A stretch of DNA of 64,000 nucleotides from an uncultured Anaerolineae bacterium (GTDB taxonomy: Bacteria > Chloroflexota > Anaerolineae > Fen-1058): positions 3,841-67,840 of the forward strand of contig CAZKBQ010000018.1 in NCBI GenBank assembly GCA_964550855.1, given 5' to 3'. Positions 28,322 to 36,509 of this stretch are shown in pieces. Positions within the stretch are counted from its first letter, which is position 1; every line of letters begins with the position of its first letter. The notes beneath the pieces are model-generated. The model had not been told where the DNA came from, made no database searches, and saw only the letters and a list, made by a program, of their open reading frames with translations. A program made the position numbers and the translations under genes.

Positions 28322-29116
28322 TCACGCCGCGGGCGTCAGCAGCCGTTCCAGCGCGTAGGCGGTCTGCGCGGCGAAGTTCTGAATCAGGCGATTGTCGGCC
28401 GGCGGCAGAGGCGAGTGGCCGCGCCAGATATTGATCTCGCCGATGAGGCTGCGCGCCGACAAAAGCGGCACGATCAGATCGGGCCGGCCTGCTTCCGATC
28501 GGGCAGCCGGCAGCGTCACGATCACGCCCGCCGGCTGATCGGCTGCCTGCACGTTGACGCGGACCAGGCGGGCCTGGTAAAGCTGCTGCAGATGCCGGGC
28601 CAGCACTTTGGCCGCCGCCTCAGCCGTGCGCGCCATCGCCAGGCCCGCGCTGAGTTCGTACATATACAGCGCCTCGCGCTCGCGCTGCCGCGCCAGTGCC
28701 AACCCATATTGAATGCGGCCGATGACGATCAACGCCACTGCCAGAAAGATGATCAGCAGCAGCCAGCTTTCCAGCCGTCCGACGATGAAGGTGAAGAACG
28801 GCGGGATGAAGAAGAAGTTGAAGCAGAAAAACGCGATGACGGCCGCGCACGCGCCCGGCCCCGGTCCCCAGCGAGTGGTGGCCCAGCTGATCGGCACGAG
28901 ATAGACCAGCGCGATGACGCCTTCGCCCAGCGTGTCGCGGCCGATGGCAAACATGATCGCCGTGGTGGCGAGCACGCTCAAGGCGGCCCCGACGCATTCG
29001 GCGAACATCTCAATCGTAAACGTCAGTTTTGGAATCCGCACGTTGCGCCTCTTGATGCCATACAGAATCGGAACGGTTTGGTCGTCAGGCCCGCAGGCTC
29101 GCTTCGCGTCGGGCAT
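28322..29116 (-). CDS. Stand-alone KdpD-like membrane (DUF4118-type) + GAF-like domain protein without kinase or N-terminal KdpD domains
   Basis: It parallels KdpD residues ~400-650: LVYLVPISWATTRWGPGPG, FNFFFIPPFFTF (compare FDYFFVPPQLTL in KdpD), then a YMYELSAGLA... GAF-like segment. It sits between kdpC and kdpD. The start is uncertain (29116, or ATG 29008). Confidence 0.7.
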   Translation of the reverse strand: MPDAKRACGPDDQTVPILYGIKRRNVRIPKLTFTIEMFAECVGAALSVLATTAIMFAIGRDTLGEGVIALVYLVPISWATTRWGPGPGACAAVIAFFCFNFFFIPPFFTFIVGRLESWLLLIIFLAVALIVIGRIQYGLALARQREREALYMYELSAGLAMARTAEAAAKVLARHLQQLYQARLVRVNVQAADQPAGVIVTLPAARSEAGRPDLIVPLLSARSLIGEINIWRGHSPLPPADNRLIQNFAAQTAYALERLLTPAA

Positions 29117-29216
29117 TCACGTGATCGATCGGCGCGCCCGGCTGATGGGGGCAGTTGGCTGCCCGCCTAAAGCGCGCGGGCTTGACGCGATCAATTCGCA
29201 GCCTAAAGCACAGCGG

Positions 29217-29795
29217 TTAGCGCGCCGTCAGTGCATCCAGCGCCAGATTCAGCTTAAGCACGTTGACGCGCGGCTCGCCCAGCATGCCCAGGGTTCGGCC
29301 GGATGTGTTCTGATCGATCAGTGTCTGCACCACCGCGGGATCAAGCCCGCGGGCGCGCGCCACCCGATCGAGCTGGTAAGCGGCCGCGGCCGGGCTGATA
29401 TCCGGATCGAGCCCGCTGGCCGAGGCTGTGACCAGATCGACCGGGATCGGTTGAACGTGCGTTGGATCAGCCTGCTTGAGCGCCTGGATGCGAGCTTGAA
29501 CAGCTTGCAGCAGTGCCGGATTGAGCGGGCCAAGATTGGAGCCGCCGGACGAGGCCGCGTTGTACGCCAGCGGCGCGGTGGCCGAGAGCCTTCCCCAGAA
29601 ATACTTAGGATCGTCGAACGCCTGGCCGATCAACGCCGAGCCGACGACTTGCCCGCCCTTCACGATTAGACTGCCATTGGCCTGCTGCGGAAAAGCCACT
29701 TGGGCCAGGGCCGTCACCAGCACCGGATAGACGATGCCCGTGAGCAGCGTCAACAACAACAGAGAAACTAATGCGGGTCGAAGTTGAGACGACAT
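29217..29795 (-). CDS. kdpC: K+-transporting ATPase subunit C
   Basis: [44 protein letters not shown]..., [20 protein letters not shown]: typical KdpC motifs. Confidence 0.95.
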   Translation of the reverse strand: MSSQLRPALVSLLLLTLLTGIVYPVLVTALAQVAFPQQANGSLIVKGGQVVGSALIGQAFDDPKYFWGRLSATAPLAYNAASSGGSNLGPLNPALLQAVQARIQALKQADPTHVQPIPVDLVTASASGLDPDISPAAAAYQLDRVARARGLDPAVVQTLIDQNTSGRTLGMLGEPRVNVLKLNLALDALTAR

Positions 29796-29852
29796 GTAAG
29801 CCTTTCCTTAAAAAGGCTGAACTTTTCATACTTCAGTCTTCAGCCTTGATCG

Positions 29853-31931
29853 TCAAACCAGATGCAGCGCGACCAGGATCATATCGATGAGCTTGATGCC
29901 GACGAACGGCGCGACAAGTCCGCCCAGTCCGTAAATCAACAGGTGATCGCGCAGCACCTGCGCCGCGCCGACGGGGCGATACCGTACGCCGCGCAGCGCC
30001 AGCGGGATCAAGGCCACGATGATCAGCGCGTTGAAGATCACGGCGGACAAAATGGCGCTCTGCGGCGTCGCCAGCCCCATGATGTTCAACTTACCCAACA
30101 CTGGATACGTCGTGGCAAAGGCCGCCGGGATGATGGCGAAATACTTCGCCATGTCGTTGGCGATGCTGAACGTCGTCAGCGCGCCGCGCGTCATCAACAG
30201 CTGTTTGCCGATCTCCACGACCTCGATCAACTTGGTGGGGTTGGAATCCAGATCGACCATGTTGCCCGCTTCCTTGGCGGCCTGCGTGCCCGTGTTCATT
30301 GCCACGGCCACGTCGGCCTGCGCCAGCGCAGGCGCGTCGTTGGTGCCGTCGCCCGTCATCGCCACCAGACGGCCGCCGGTCTGATACTCGCGAATCAATT
30401 TGAGCTTCGCTTCGGGCGTGGCCTGCGCCAGAAAATCATCCACGCCGGCCTCGGCCGCAATGGCCGTCGCCGTCAGCGGATTGTCGCCCGTAATCATCAC
30501 GGTCTTGATGCCCATCTGGCGCAGGTGCGCGAAGCGTTCTTTGATGCCGCCCTTCACGATGTCCTTCAGTTGAATCACGCCCAGCACCCTGGCGCCATCA
30601 GCCACGACCAGCGGCGTGCCCCCTTCCTTTGCAATGCATTCGACGCTGTGTCGCACCGTCGCCGGAAAACTTCCGCCCTGCTGCGTCACATAGGCTTCGA
30701 TCGCATCCGCCGCGCCTTTGCGGATCTGCCGCCCGTCGAGGTTGACGCCACTCATGCGTGTCTGCGCGGTGAACGGCACGAAGGTCGCGCTCAAACCGTG
30801 AATATCGCGCTCACGCAAGCGATATTGCTCTTTTGCCAGCACGACGATGCTGCGGCCTTCGGGGGTCTCATCCGACAGCGACGCGAGCTGGGCCGCATCG
30901 GCCAGCGCGTCCGGCGATGTGCCGTCGGCGGGGATGAAGGCTGTTGCTTGCCGGTTGCCCAGCGTGATGGTGCCGGTCTTGTCGAGCAGCAAGACATCGA
31001 CATCGCCCGCTGCTTCGACTGCGCGCCCCGACATCGCGATCACGTTGGCCTGGATCATGCGATCCATCCCCGCAATCCCGATCGCGCTCAGCAGCCCGCC
31101 GATCGTTGTCGGGATCAGACACACGAGCAGCGCGACCAACACCGTTACCGTGACCGGCGTACCCTGACCGGCGGCCCGCACGCTGTAAATGGAAAACGGC
31201 AGCAGCGTCACCGTCGCCAGCAGAAAGATGATCGTCAGCGCTGCCAGCAAGATGTTCAGCGCGATCTCGTTGGGCGTCTTCTGCCGCTGCGCGCCTTCGA
31301 CCAGGCCGATCATGCGATCGAGGAACGTCTCGCCGGGGTTGGCCGTGATGCGCACGATCAGCCAATCGGAGAGCACGCGCGTGCCGCCCGTCACCGCCGA
31401 TCGATCGCCGCCGCTTTCGCGGATGACGGGCGCGCTTTCGCCCGTGATCGCGCTTTCATCAACCGAGGCGGCCCCCTCGATCACTTCGCCGTCGCCGGGG
31501 ATGAAGTCGCCTGCCTCGACGAGCACCACATCGCCCTTGCGCAGCGTGCCCGCCGACACTGCAGTGTAGCTCGCGCCGTATTGCGGCTCGGCCAATTTCC
31601 TGGCGCTGATGTCGCGCCGCGCCTTGCGCAGCGTATCGGCCTGGGCTTTGCCGCGCCCCTCGGCCATCGCTTCCGCGAAGTTGGCGAACAACACGGTGAA
31701 CCACAACCACAGCGAAACGGCCAGGATAAAACCGGCCGGCGCTTCACCCTGGCCGAACAACGCCTGAATGAACAAGCCCGTGGTCAAGACGCTGCCGACC
31801 AGCACGATGAACATCACCGGATTGCGCAGCTGCACGCGCGGACTGAGTTTCTTGAAAGAGGCCACGATCGCCCGGCGCACGATGGGGCCGTCGAACAGCG
31901 GTCGGGCTTTGGCATGAGTATGAACCGTCAT
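29853..31931 (-). CDS. kdpB: K+-transporting P-type ATPase subunit B
   Basis: 692 aa. Motifs [10 protein letters not shown] (phosphorylation site), [31 protein letters not shown]. Confidence 0.97.
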   Translation of the reverse strand: MTVHTHAKARPLFDGPIVRRAIVASFKKLSPRVQLRNPVMFIVLVGSVLTTGLFIQALFGQGEAPAGFILAVSLWLWFTVLFANFAEAMAEGRGKAQADTLRKARRDISARKLAEPQYGASYTAVSAGTLRKGDVVLVEAGDFIPGDGEVIEGAASVDESAITGESAPVIRESGGDRSAVTGGTRVLSDWLIVRITANPGETFLDRMIGLVEGAQRQKTPNEIALNILLAALTIIFLLATVTLLPFSIYSVRAAGQGTPVTVTVLVALLVCLIPTTIGGLLSAIGIAGMDRMIQANVIAMSGRAVEAAGDVDVLLLDKTGTITLGNRQATAFIPADGTSPDALADAAQLASLSDETPEGRSIVVLAKEQYRLRERDIHGLSATFVPFTAQTRMSGVNLDGRQIRKGAADAIEAYVTQQGGSFPATVRHSVECIAKEGGTPLVVADGARVLGVIQLKDIVKGGIKERFAHLRQMGIKTVMITGDNPLTATAIAAEAGVDDFLAQATPEAKLKLIREYQTGGRLVAMTGDGTNDAPALAQADVAVAMNTGTQAAKEAGNMVDLDSNPTKLIEVVEIGKQLLMTRGALTTFSIANDMAKYFAIIPAAFATTYPVLGKLNIMGLATPQSAILSAVIFNALIIVALIPLALRGVRYRPVGAAQVLRDHLLIYGLGGLVAPFVGIKLIDMILVALHLV

Positions 31932-32023
31932 GATGTTTCCCCTAATTCCTGGACGGTCATGCCCGAATGCTATTGTCGGGCATCCAGTCTGGCGATTGGC
32001 AGATCACGTTGATCGCGTTCTGG

Positions 32024-32048
32024 ATTCCCGCCAGAAGCACGCGGGAAT
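32024..32048. repeat. REP-like palindrome inside the unusually long kdpA-kdpB spacer
   Basis: ATTCCCGC-cagaagcac-GCGGGAAT (8-bp arms) within TGGATTCCCGCCAGAAGCACGCGGGAATGACG. This resembles the widespread GGGAATGAC / RGND-type intergenic palindromes. Confidence 0.55.
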
Positions 32049-32089
32049 GACGTTGCCCTGCGATATCGTAACTCAACCTGGATACCACT

Positions 32090-33832
32090 CTAATGCGCCA
32101 TCATCAACTGTTCCACAATCGGCCCCAGCGCCAGCGCCGGGATGAACGTCAGGGCGCCGACGAGCACCACCACGCCGATCAGCATCACGATGAACAGGGG
32201 CGTGTGGGTGGGCAATGTGCCCGGCCCGGCCGGCACAATCTTCTTGGCGGCCAGCGAACCCGCAATCGCCAGCGTCGGAATCGCCAGCCAGTAGCGGGCC
32301 AGCAGCATCGCCAGGCCGCCGACGAGGTTGTAAAACGGCGTGTTCGCGCCCAGCCCCGCAAAGGCGCTGCCATTGTTGTTGCCCATCGACGAGAAGGCAT
32401 ACAGCACTTCGCTGAAGCCGTGCGCGCCGGGGTTGTGAATCGCCACCCGGCCCGCGTCTGTCGTCACCGCCAGCGCCGTAAAGCCGAGCACAATGATGGG
32501 CGGAATCAAAATGATCAACGACGCCATCTTCATCTCGTAAGCTTCGATCTTCTTGCCCAGATATTCGGGCGTGCGGCCGACCATCAGCCCGGCCACAAAC
32601 ACGGCGATGATGGCAAACACCAACATCCCGTACAGGCCGGAGCCGACGCCGCCAAAGACCACTTCGCCCAACTGCATCAGCCACATGGCGGCGAGTCCGC
32701 CCAACGGCGTGTACGAGTCGTGCATCGAGTTGACCGATCCATTTGACGCGGCCGTCGTCGCCGTGGCCCACAGCGCCGAGTTGGCGATGCCGAAGCGCAC
32801 TTCCTTGCCTTCCATGTTGCCGCCCGGCTGCCGATCACTCGCGGCCTGATCGACGCCCAGCGTGGTGAAAGCGGGATTGCCGTTGTATTCGGCGCTCACC
32901 GACAGCGCCAGCAGCGCCACAAAGATGGCCGTCATCGCCGCCAGCACCGCCCAACCCTGCCGCGTGTCCTTCACCATCTTGCCGAAGGTGTAGCACAGCG
33001 CTGCCGGAATCAGTAGAATTGATAACATCTCAAGGAAGTTCGAAATTGGCGTCGGATTTTCAAACGGATGCGAAGAATTGGTGTTGAAGAAGCCGCCGCC
33101 GTTGGTGCCCAGTTGTTTGATGGCGATCTGCGAAGCCGCCGGGCCCATCGGCAACAGCTGCGTCGTCACGACCGCGCCGTCGGCGCCGCGGGCGGCCTGC
33201 AGCAGCGATACCGGTTGATAAGCGCTGAAGTTTTGAATGACGCCTTGCGACACTAGGGCGATTGCCAGGACACACGACAGCGGCAGCAGAATATACAAGG
33301 TGGTGCGGATCAGATCGACCCAGAAGTTGCCAATCGTCTGCGCAGATTTGCGGCGCAGCCCCCGGATCAAGGCGACCAGCACTGCCATGCCCGTGGCCGC
33401 CGAAACGAAGTTCTGCACCGTCAAACCCAGCATCTGCGTGAGGTAACTCAGGGTGGTTTCGCCGCCATAGTTCTGCCAGTTGGTGTTGCTGGTGAAACTC
33501 ACGGCGGTGTTGAAGGCCAGATCGGGCGAGACCGGCCCCAGCCCCTGCGGATTCAACGGCAGCGCCTGCTGAACGCGCTGCAAGACGTACACGCCGATCA
33601 GGCCGAGCAGGTTGAAGATCAGTAGCGCCACGGCATACGTTTGCCAGTTCATCTCCACCTGGGGGCGGATGCCGGCGGCCCGATAGATCAGTCGCTCGAT
33701 CGGGCCGAAGACGCGATCCAGCAGCGTGGGCTCGCCCTCGTACACCCGCGCCATGTATGATCCGAGCGGCTTGACCAGCGCCAGCAGCACGATCAGATAC
33801 AGCATGATTTGCAGCAAGCCGTTGCCCGTCAT
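32090..33832 (-). CDS. kdpA: K+-transporting ATPase subunit A
   Basis: 580 aa polytopic protein. [31 protein letters not shown]..., [18 protein letters not shown] motifs. Confidence 0.97.
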   Translation of the reverse strand: MTGNGLLQIMLYLIVLLALVKPLGSYMARVYEGEPTLLDRVFGPIERLIYRAAGIRPQVEMNWQTYAVALLIFNLLGLIGVYVLQRVQQALPLNPQGLGPVSPDLAFNTAVSFTSNTNWQNYGGETTLSYLTQMLGLTVQNFVSAATGMAVLVALIRGLRRKSAQTIGNFWVDLIRTTLYILLPLSCVLAIALVSQGVIQNFSAYQPVSLLQAARGADGAVVTTQLLPMGPAASQIAIKQLGTNGGGFFNTNSSHPFENPTPISNFLEMLSILLIPAALCYTFGKMVKDTRQGWAVLAAMTAIFVALLALSVSAEYNGNPAFTTLGVDQAASDRQPGGNMEGKEVRFGIANSALWATATTAASNGSVNSMHDSYTPLGGLAAMWLMQLGEVVFGGVGSGLYGMLVFAIIAVFVAGLMVGRTPEYLGKKIEAYEMKMASLIILIPPIIVLGFTALAVTTDAGRVAIHNPGAHGFSEVLYAFSSMGNNNGSAFAGLGANTPFYNLVGGLAMLLARYWLAIPTLAIAGSLAAKKIVPAGPGTLPTHTPLFIVMLIGVVVLVGALTFIPALALGPIVEQLMMAH

Positions 33833-33921
33833 CAGAACTTCTCCGGTTTAAGCAGCGCGGCAAACAAATAGGCCAGCAGACCCAGCGCGATCAGCCCGCC
33901 GATCAGATAGAGCACAGTCAT
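33832..33921 (-). CDS. kdpF: K+-transporting ATPase subunit F
   Basis: 29 aa, [42 protein letters not shown] before ATG 33921. The stop overlaps the kdpA ATG by 1 nt. Confidence 0.8.
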   Translation of the reverse strand: MTVLYLIGGLIALGLLAYLFAALLKPEKF

Positions 33922-33929
33922 ATTTCCTC

Positions 33930-34010
33930 CTAAAGCCTTTCGCACAGCCTGACCAGGGCGTAAGACAGGCCAAAGAATGCCACGCCAATCAACAGATAGA
34001 CGAGATCCAT
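33930..34010 (-). CDS. Possible second small hydrophobic peptide (26 aa) upstream of kdpF
   Basis: CAGGAGAAAACG SD, then ATG 34010: MDLVYLLIGVAFFGLSYALVRLCERL, with stop TAG at 33932-33930, 8 nt before the kdpF ATG. There is no support beyond the ORF, the SD and the hydrophobicity. Confidence 0.35.
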   Translation of the reverse strand: MDLVYLLIGVAFFGLSYALVRLCERL

Positions 34011-34173
34011 CGTTTTCTCCTGAAAGGTCTGAAGGTGATCTTAGCCGGAACGGCGTCAAGCCGGTGACAAGGCTGAGGCGGGCGAGGTCAAGAAAACATC
34101 AAGGTGGGTATAATTCAGCGTGCCTGCCCGGCCCCCTCGCCGGGACACTCGACAGCCAGGGAGATCCCATCTC

Positions 34174-36225
34174 ATGAAGAACGCTTACGAAATCGCCGAG
34201 CCGGATTTTGATCTGAGCCCGCACACCGGCATGACGCGCCGGCACTACATCGATCTTGCCAAATATCTGCTGACTCGCGCGTTTACCCACGTCCCGTCGC
34301 CGGACACCCCGTTGTCATTTCCCGTCGTGCCGGGCAAGACCTATCCGCAGCCGAATGATCCGCCGTGGCGACATCGGTCGCTGGAATTCGAGGCGCTGGA
34401 ACGGACGCTGACGCTGGCCGGCCCGCTGATGCACGTGGAACCTGAAGCCAGCATCAACGGCTTCAACCTGCGTGAGTATTACTGCCGCCACCTGTACAAC
34501 GCCCTCACGCCCGGCCACGCCAACTCGCTGCCCTTGCCGGAAGATTTGCCCGACGCGACGTATCAGTTTACGTGCGAGTTTGGCGGGCTGTTCAAGACGC
34601 TGCTGCTGCTACCGGATGTCCTGTGGCCGCACTTCACGCCGCAGCAGAAAGACGAGATGGCGGTTACGATCTCGAAGTGGGCCCACCACCGCACCACGCA
34701 GAACAACTGGCGCATCTTCAACATCGTCACGCTGTCGTTCTTGAAGAAGCACGGCTACGCCATCGACGACGACCTGTTGAAGAGTCATCTCCTGTGGGTG
34801 GCCTCATATCATTCGGGGGACGGCTGGTACCTGGAGCAGACGTACAACTATTACACCATCAGCCTCTTCGTCGTGTACGGCACGATCTGGAACCGGACGT
34901 TCGGCGACGAACACTATCCCGACATCGCCGCCGCCATCGAAAAATCCGCGCAGGAACTGATGAAGACCTACACCCGCTTCTTTGCCCGCGACGGCTACAT
35001 CAACATGTGGGCGCGCAGCATCTGTTATCGCACGTGGATTTCGGGCGGCTTCCCCATCTCGTTCATGCTGAAAAGCGCACCCCCGATCGATCCCGGCTGG
35101 GCCCGACGGCTGTGCTCCGGCTCGCTGCTGCAGTTTGTCACACGCGAGGAATTTTACGAGAACGACATCCCCAGTCTGGGCTTCTACGGACACCGCGAAT
35201 TTGTGCTGCAAAACTACAGCTGTCCGGCCAGTCCGTTTCTGATGTTCCTGCCGTTCGTGTGTCTGGCCCTGCCCGCCGATTCGCCTTTCTGGACGGCGCG
35301 CGAAAACGATGGCCTGTGGGAAACGCTCGGCGCTCGCTCCGAGCGGGTGATCCTCGACAAGCCGGGGCTGACGCTGGTCAATCACGGCACGACCGGCACA
35401 TCAGAGATCGTCCCCGGCAAGACCTACTACGCTGATCAAAACTATTCCAAGCTGGCATTCAATACGCATTTCCCGTGGGAAGATCACGATCCGCGCGGCG
35501 GCACGGCGATGGAGTACAGTTTTCGCAGCCTCGATCCGCGCGACCTGCGCGGCGACGACATCAACTTCTATCTCACCGGTCACGCGCTGCGCAACGATGC
35601 CGATCGGCATGCCTATACCACTTCGCAGAGCATGCTCTACAACGGCGTGCGCGGCGACGTGCTGTACCGGCAGGCCATCATGCGCCAGCCGCCCAACAAC
35701 GGCGTCGGCTACATCATCGATCTGGCTGAGATCACCATTCCCGGCGGCGTCATCCGCGTCGATCGATCCCGCCTGGCCTTTGAGCACGAACTGACGCTGG
35801 GGCACTTCGGCCTGCCGCACCTCGGCGGTCAACCGGCCAGCGTACGTCGCTTTGAAGATGACACGCGAAAAGCGCTCACCGCTGCCATTCCCGGCCGGCA
35901 AGTGGCGCTGATCGCCTATCGCGGCTGGGACGGCATCGACAGCCGTGTGCATGTCGGCTGCAACGCCGAAGCAGATGAAAGCACCATACTGTACGCTCAC
36001 AAGAAACGCACGACGAAGAATCCGGCCATGGAGTTGATGATCGTCGTCATGCGGCACAAGACCGATGACGCGCCCTGGAGCGAAGAGGAGTTGTCGCCCA
36101 TCAAGGCGATCGAGCTCAGGGACATCACGCCGAGCTATTCACCGTTGGGGGCCACGATTACGCTGTGGAACGATCAGACGTACGTGATCGATTTCGTGGA
36201 CATCGACGGCGAGCGGGCGTGTTGA
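34174..36225 (+). CDS. DUF2264-like protein (family assignment tentative)
   Basis: ATG 34174 (MKNAYEIAEPDFDLSPHTGMTRRHYIDLAKYLL) with an AGGGAG SD; the ORF track starts at 34120. 683 aa, soluble. The N-terminal pattern resembles DUF2264 as I remember it. Confidence 0.65.
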   Translation: MKNAYEIAEPDFDLSPHTGMTRRHYIDLAKYLLTRAFTHVPSPDTPLSFPVVPGKTYPQPNDPPWRHRSLEFEALERTLTLAGPLMHVEPEASINGFNLREYYCRHLYNALTPGHANSLPLPEDLPDATYQFTCEFGGLFKTLLLLPDVLWPHFTPQQKDEMAVTISKWAHHRTTQNNWRIFNIVTLSFLKKHGYAIDDDLLKSHLLWVASYHSGDGWYLEQTYNYYTISLFVVYGTIWNRTFGDEHYPDIAAAIEKSAQELMKTYTRFFARDGYINMWARSICYRTWISGGFPISFMLKSAPPIDPGWARRLCSGSLLQFVTREEFYENDIPSLGFYGHREFVLQNYSCPASPFLMFLPFVCLALPADSPFWTARENDGLWETLGARSERVILDKPGLTLVNHGTTGTSEIVPGKTYYADQNYSKLAFNTHFPWEDHDPRGGTAMEYSFRSLDPRDLRGDDINFYLTGHALRNDADRHAYTTSQSMLYNGVRGDVLYRQAIMRQPPNNGVGYIIDLAEITIPGGVIRVDRSRLAFEHELTLGHFGLPHLGGQPASVRRFEDDTRKALTAAIPGRQVALIAYRGWDGIDSRVHVGCNAEADESTILYAHKKRTTKNPAMELMIVVMRHKTDDAPWSEEELSPIKAIELRDITPSYSPLGATITLWNDQTYVIDFVDIDGERAC

Positions 36226-36237
36226 ATCGGGCCGCGC
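36172..36237 (+). repeat. Left copy of an imperfect ~66-nt direct repeat (3' end of the DUF2264-like gene)
   Basis: It contains GGACATCGACGGCGAGCGGGC (36198-36218), identical to 43659-43679. The flanks are similar. It encodes ...VIDFVDIDGERAC-stop. Confidence 0.8.
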
Positions 36238-36409
36238 TACGAGCTTCACGCCCGCCACCGCTTCTTCCAGCCGCTGCTGCGTGAGCGAGCGCACGACGCG
36301 CCAGCGTGGCGCTACCCCCGCCAATGGCTTGCACACTCTCGATGGTCTGATCGACCACGCGGCGGCGCAGGACTTCTTTCACCACTTCGAGTTCGGGCAG
36401 TTCGGGCAT
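36238..36409 (-). pseudogene. Truncated and frameshifted remnant of a formamidopyrimidine-DNA glycosylase (Fpg/Nei) N-terminus
   Basis: ATG 36409 gives MPELPELEVVKEVLRRRVVDQTIESV, an Fpg-type N-terminus with catalytic Pro2/Glu3. Plausible sequence then continues in another frame (RWRVVRSLTQQRLEEAVAGVKLV). The reading frame runs into the convergent gene end at 36225, so at most ~60 of ~270 codons remain. Confidence 0.45.
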
Positions 36410-36435
36410 GCGGGGAGTATACACCATCATGAAAC

Positions 36436-36496
36436 AGAAACCGGGTTTCTCTGTGCCCGACTGCGTAACCGGTCGAGATGGAGAAACCCGGTTTCT
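36436..36496 (-). terminator. Long inverted repeat after the A2M-like gene
   Basis: AGAAACCGGGTTTCTC (36436-36451) and its exact reverse complement GAGAAACCCGGTTTCT (36481-36496). This is a 16-bp stem with a 29-nt loop, and each arm is itself palindromic. It lies 14 nt downstream of the stop at 36510. Confidence 0.6.
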
Positions 36497-36509
36497 ACGA
36501 GTTTGCCTT

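Noticed and set aside
29862-32012. 716-aa plus-strand ORF
   Set aside because: It lies antisense to kdpB, which carries the DKTGT and TGDGTNDAP motifs. This is a shadow ORF.
34011-34173. Possible riboswitch or structured leader (for example c-di-AMP responsive) upstream of the kdp operon
   Set aside because: I could not recognise any known riboswitch core or extended conserved pairing by eye. A covariance-model scan would be needed.
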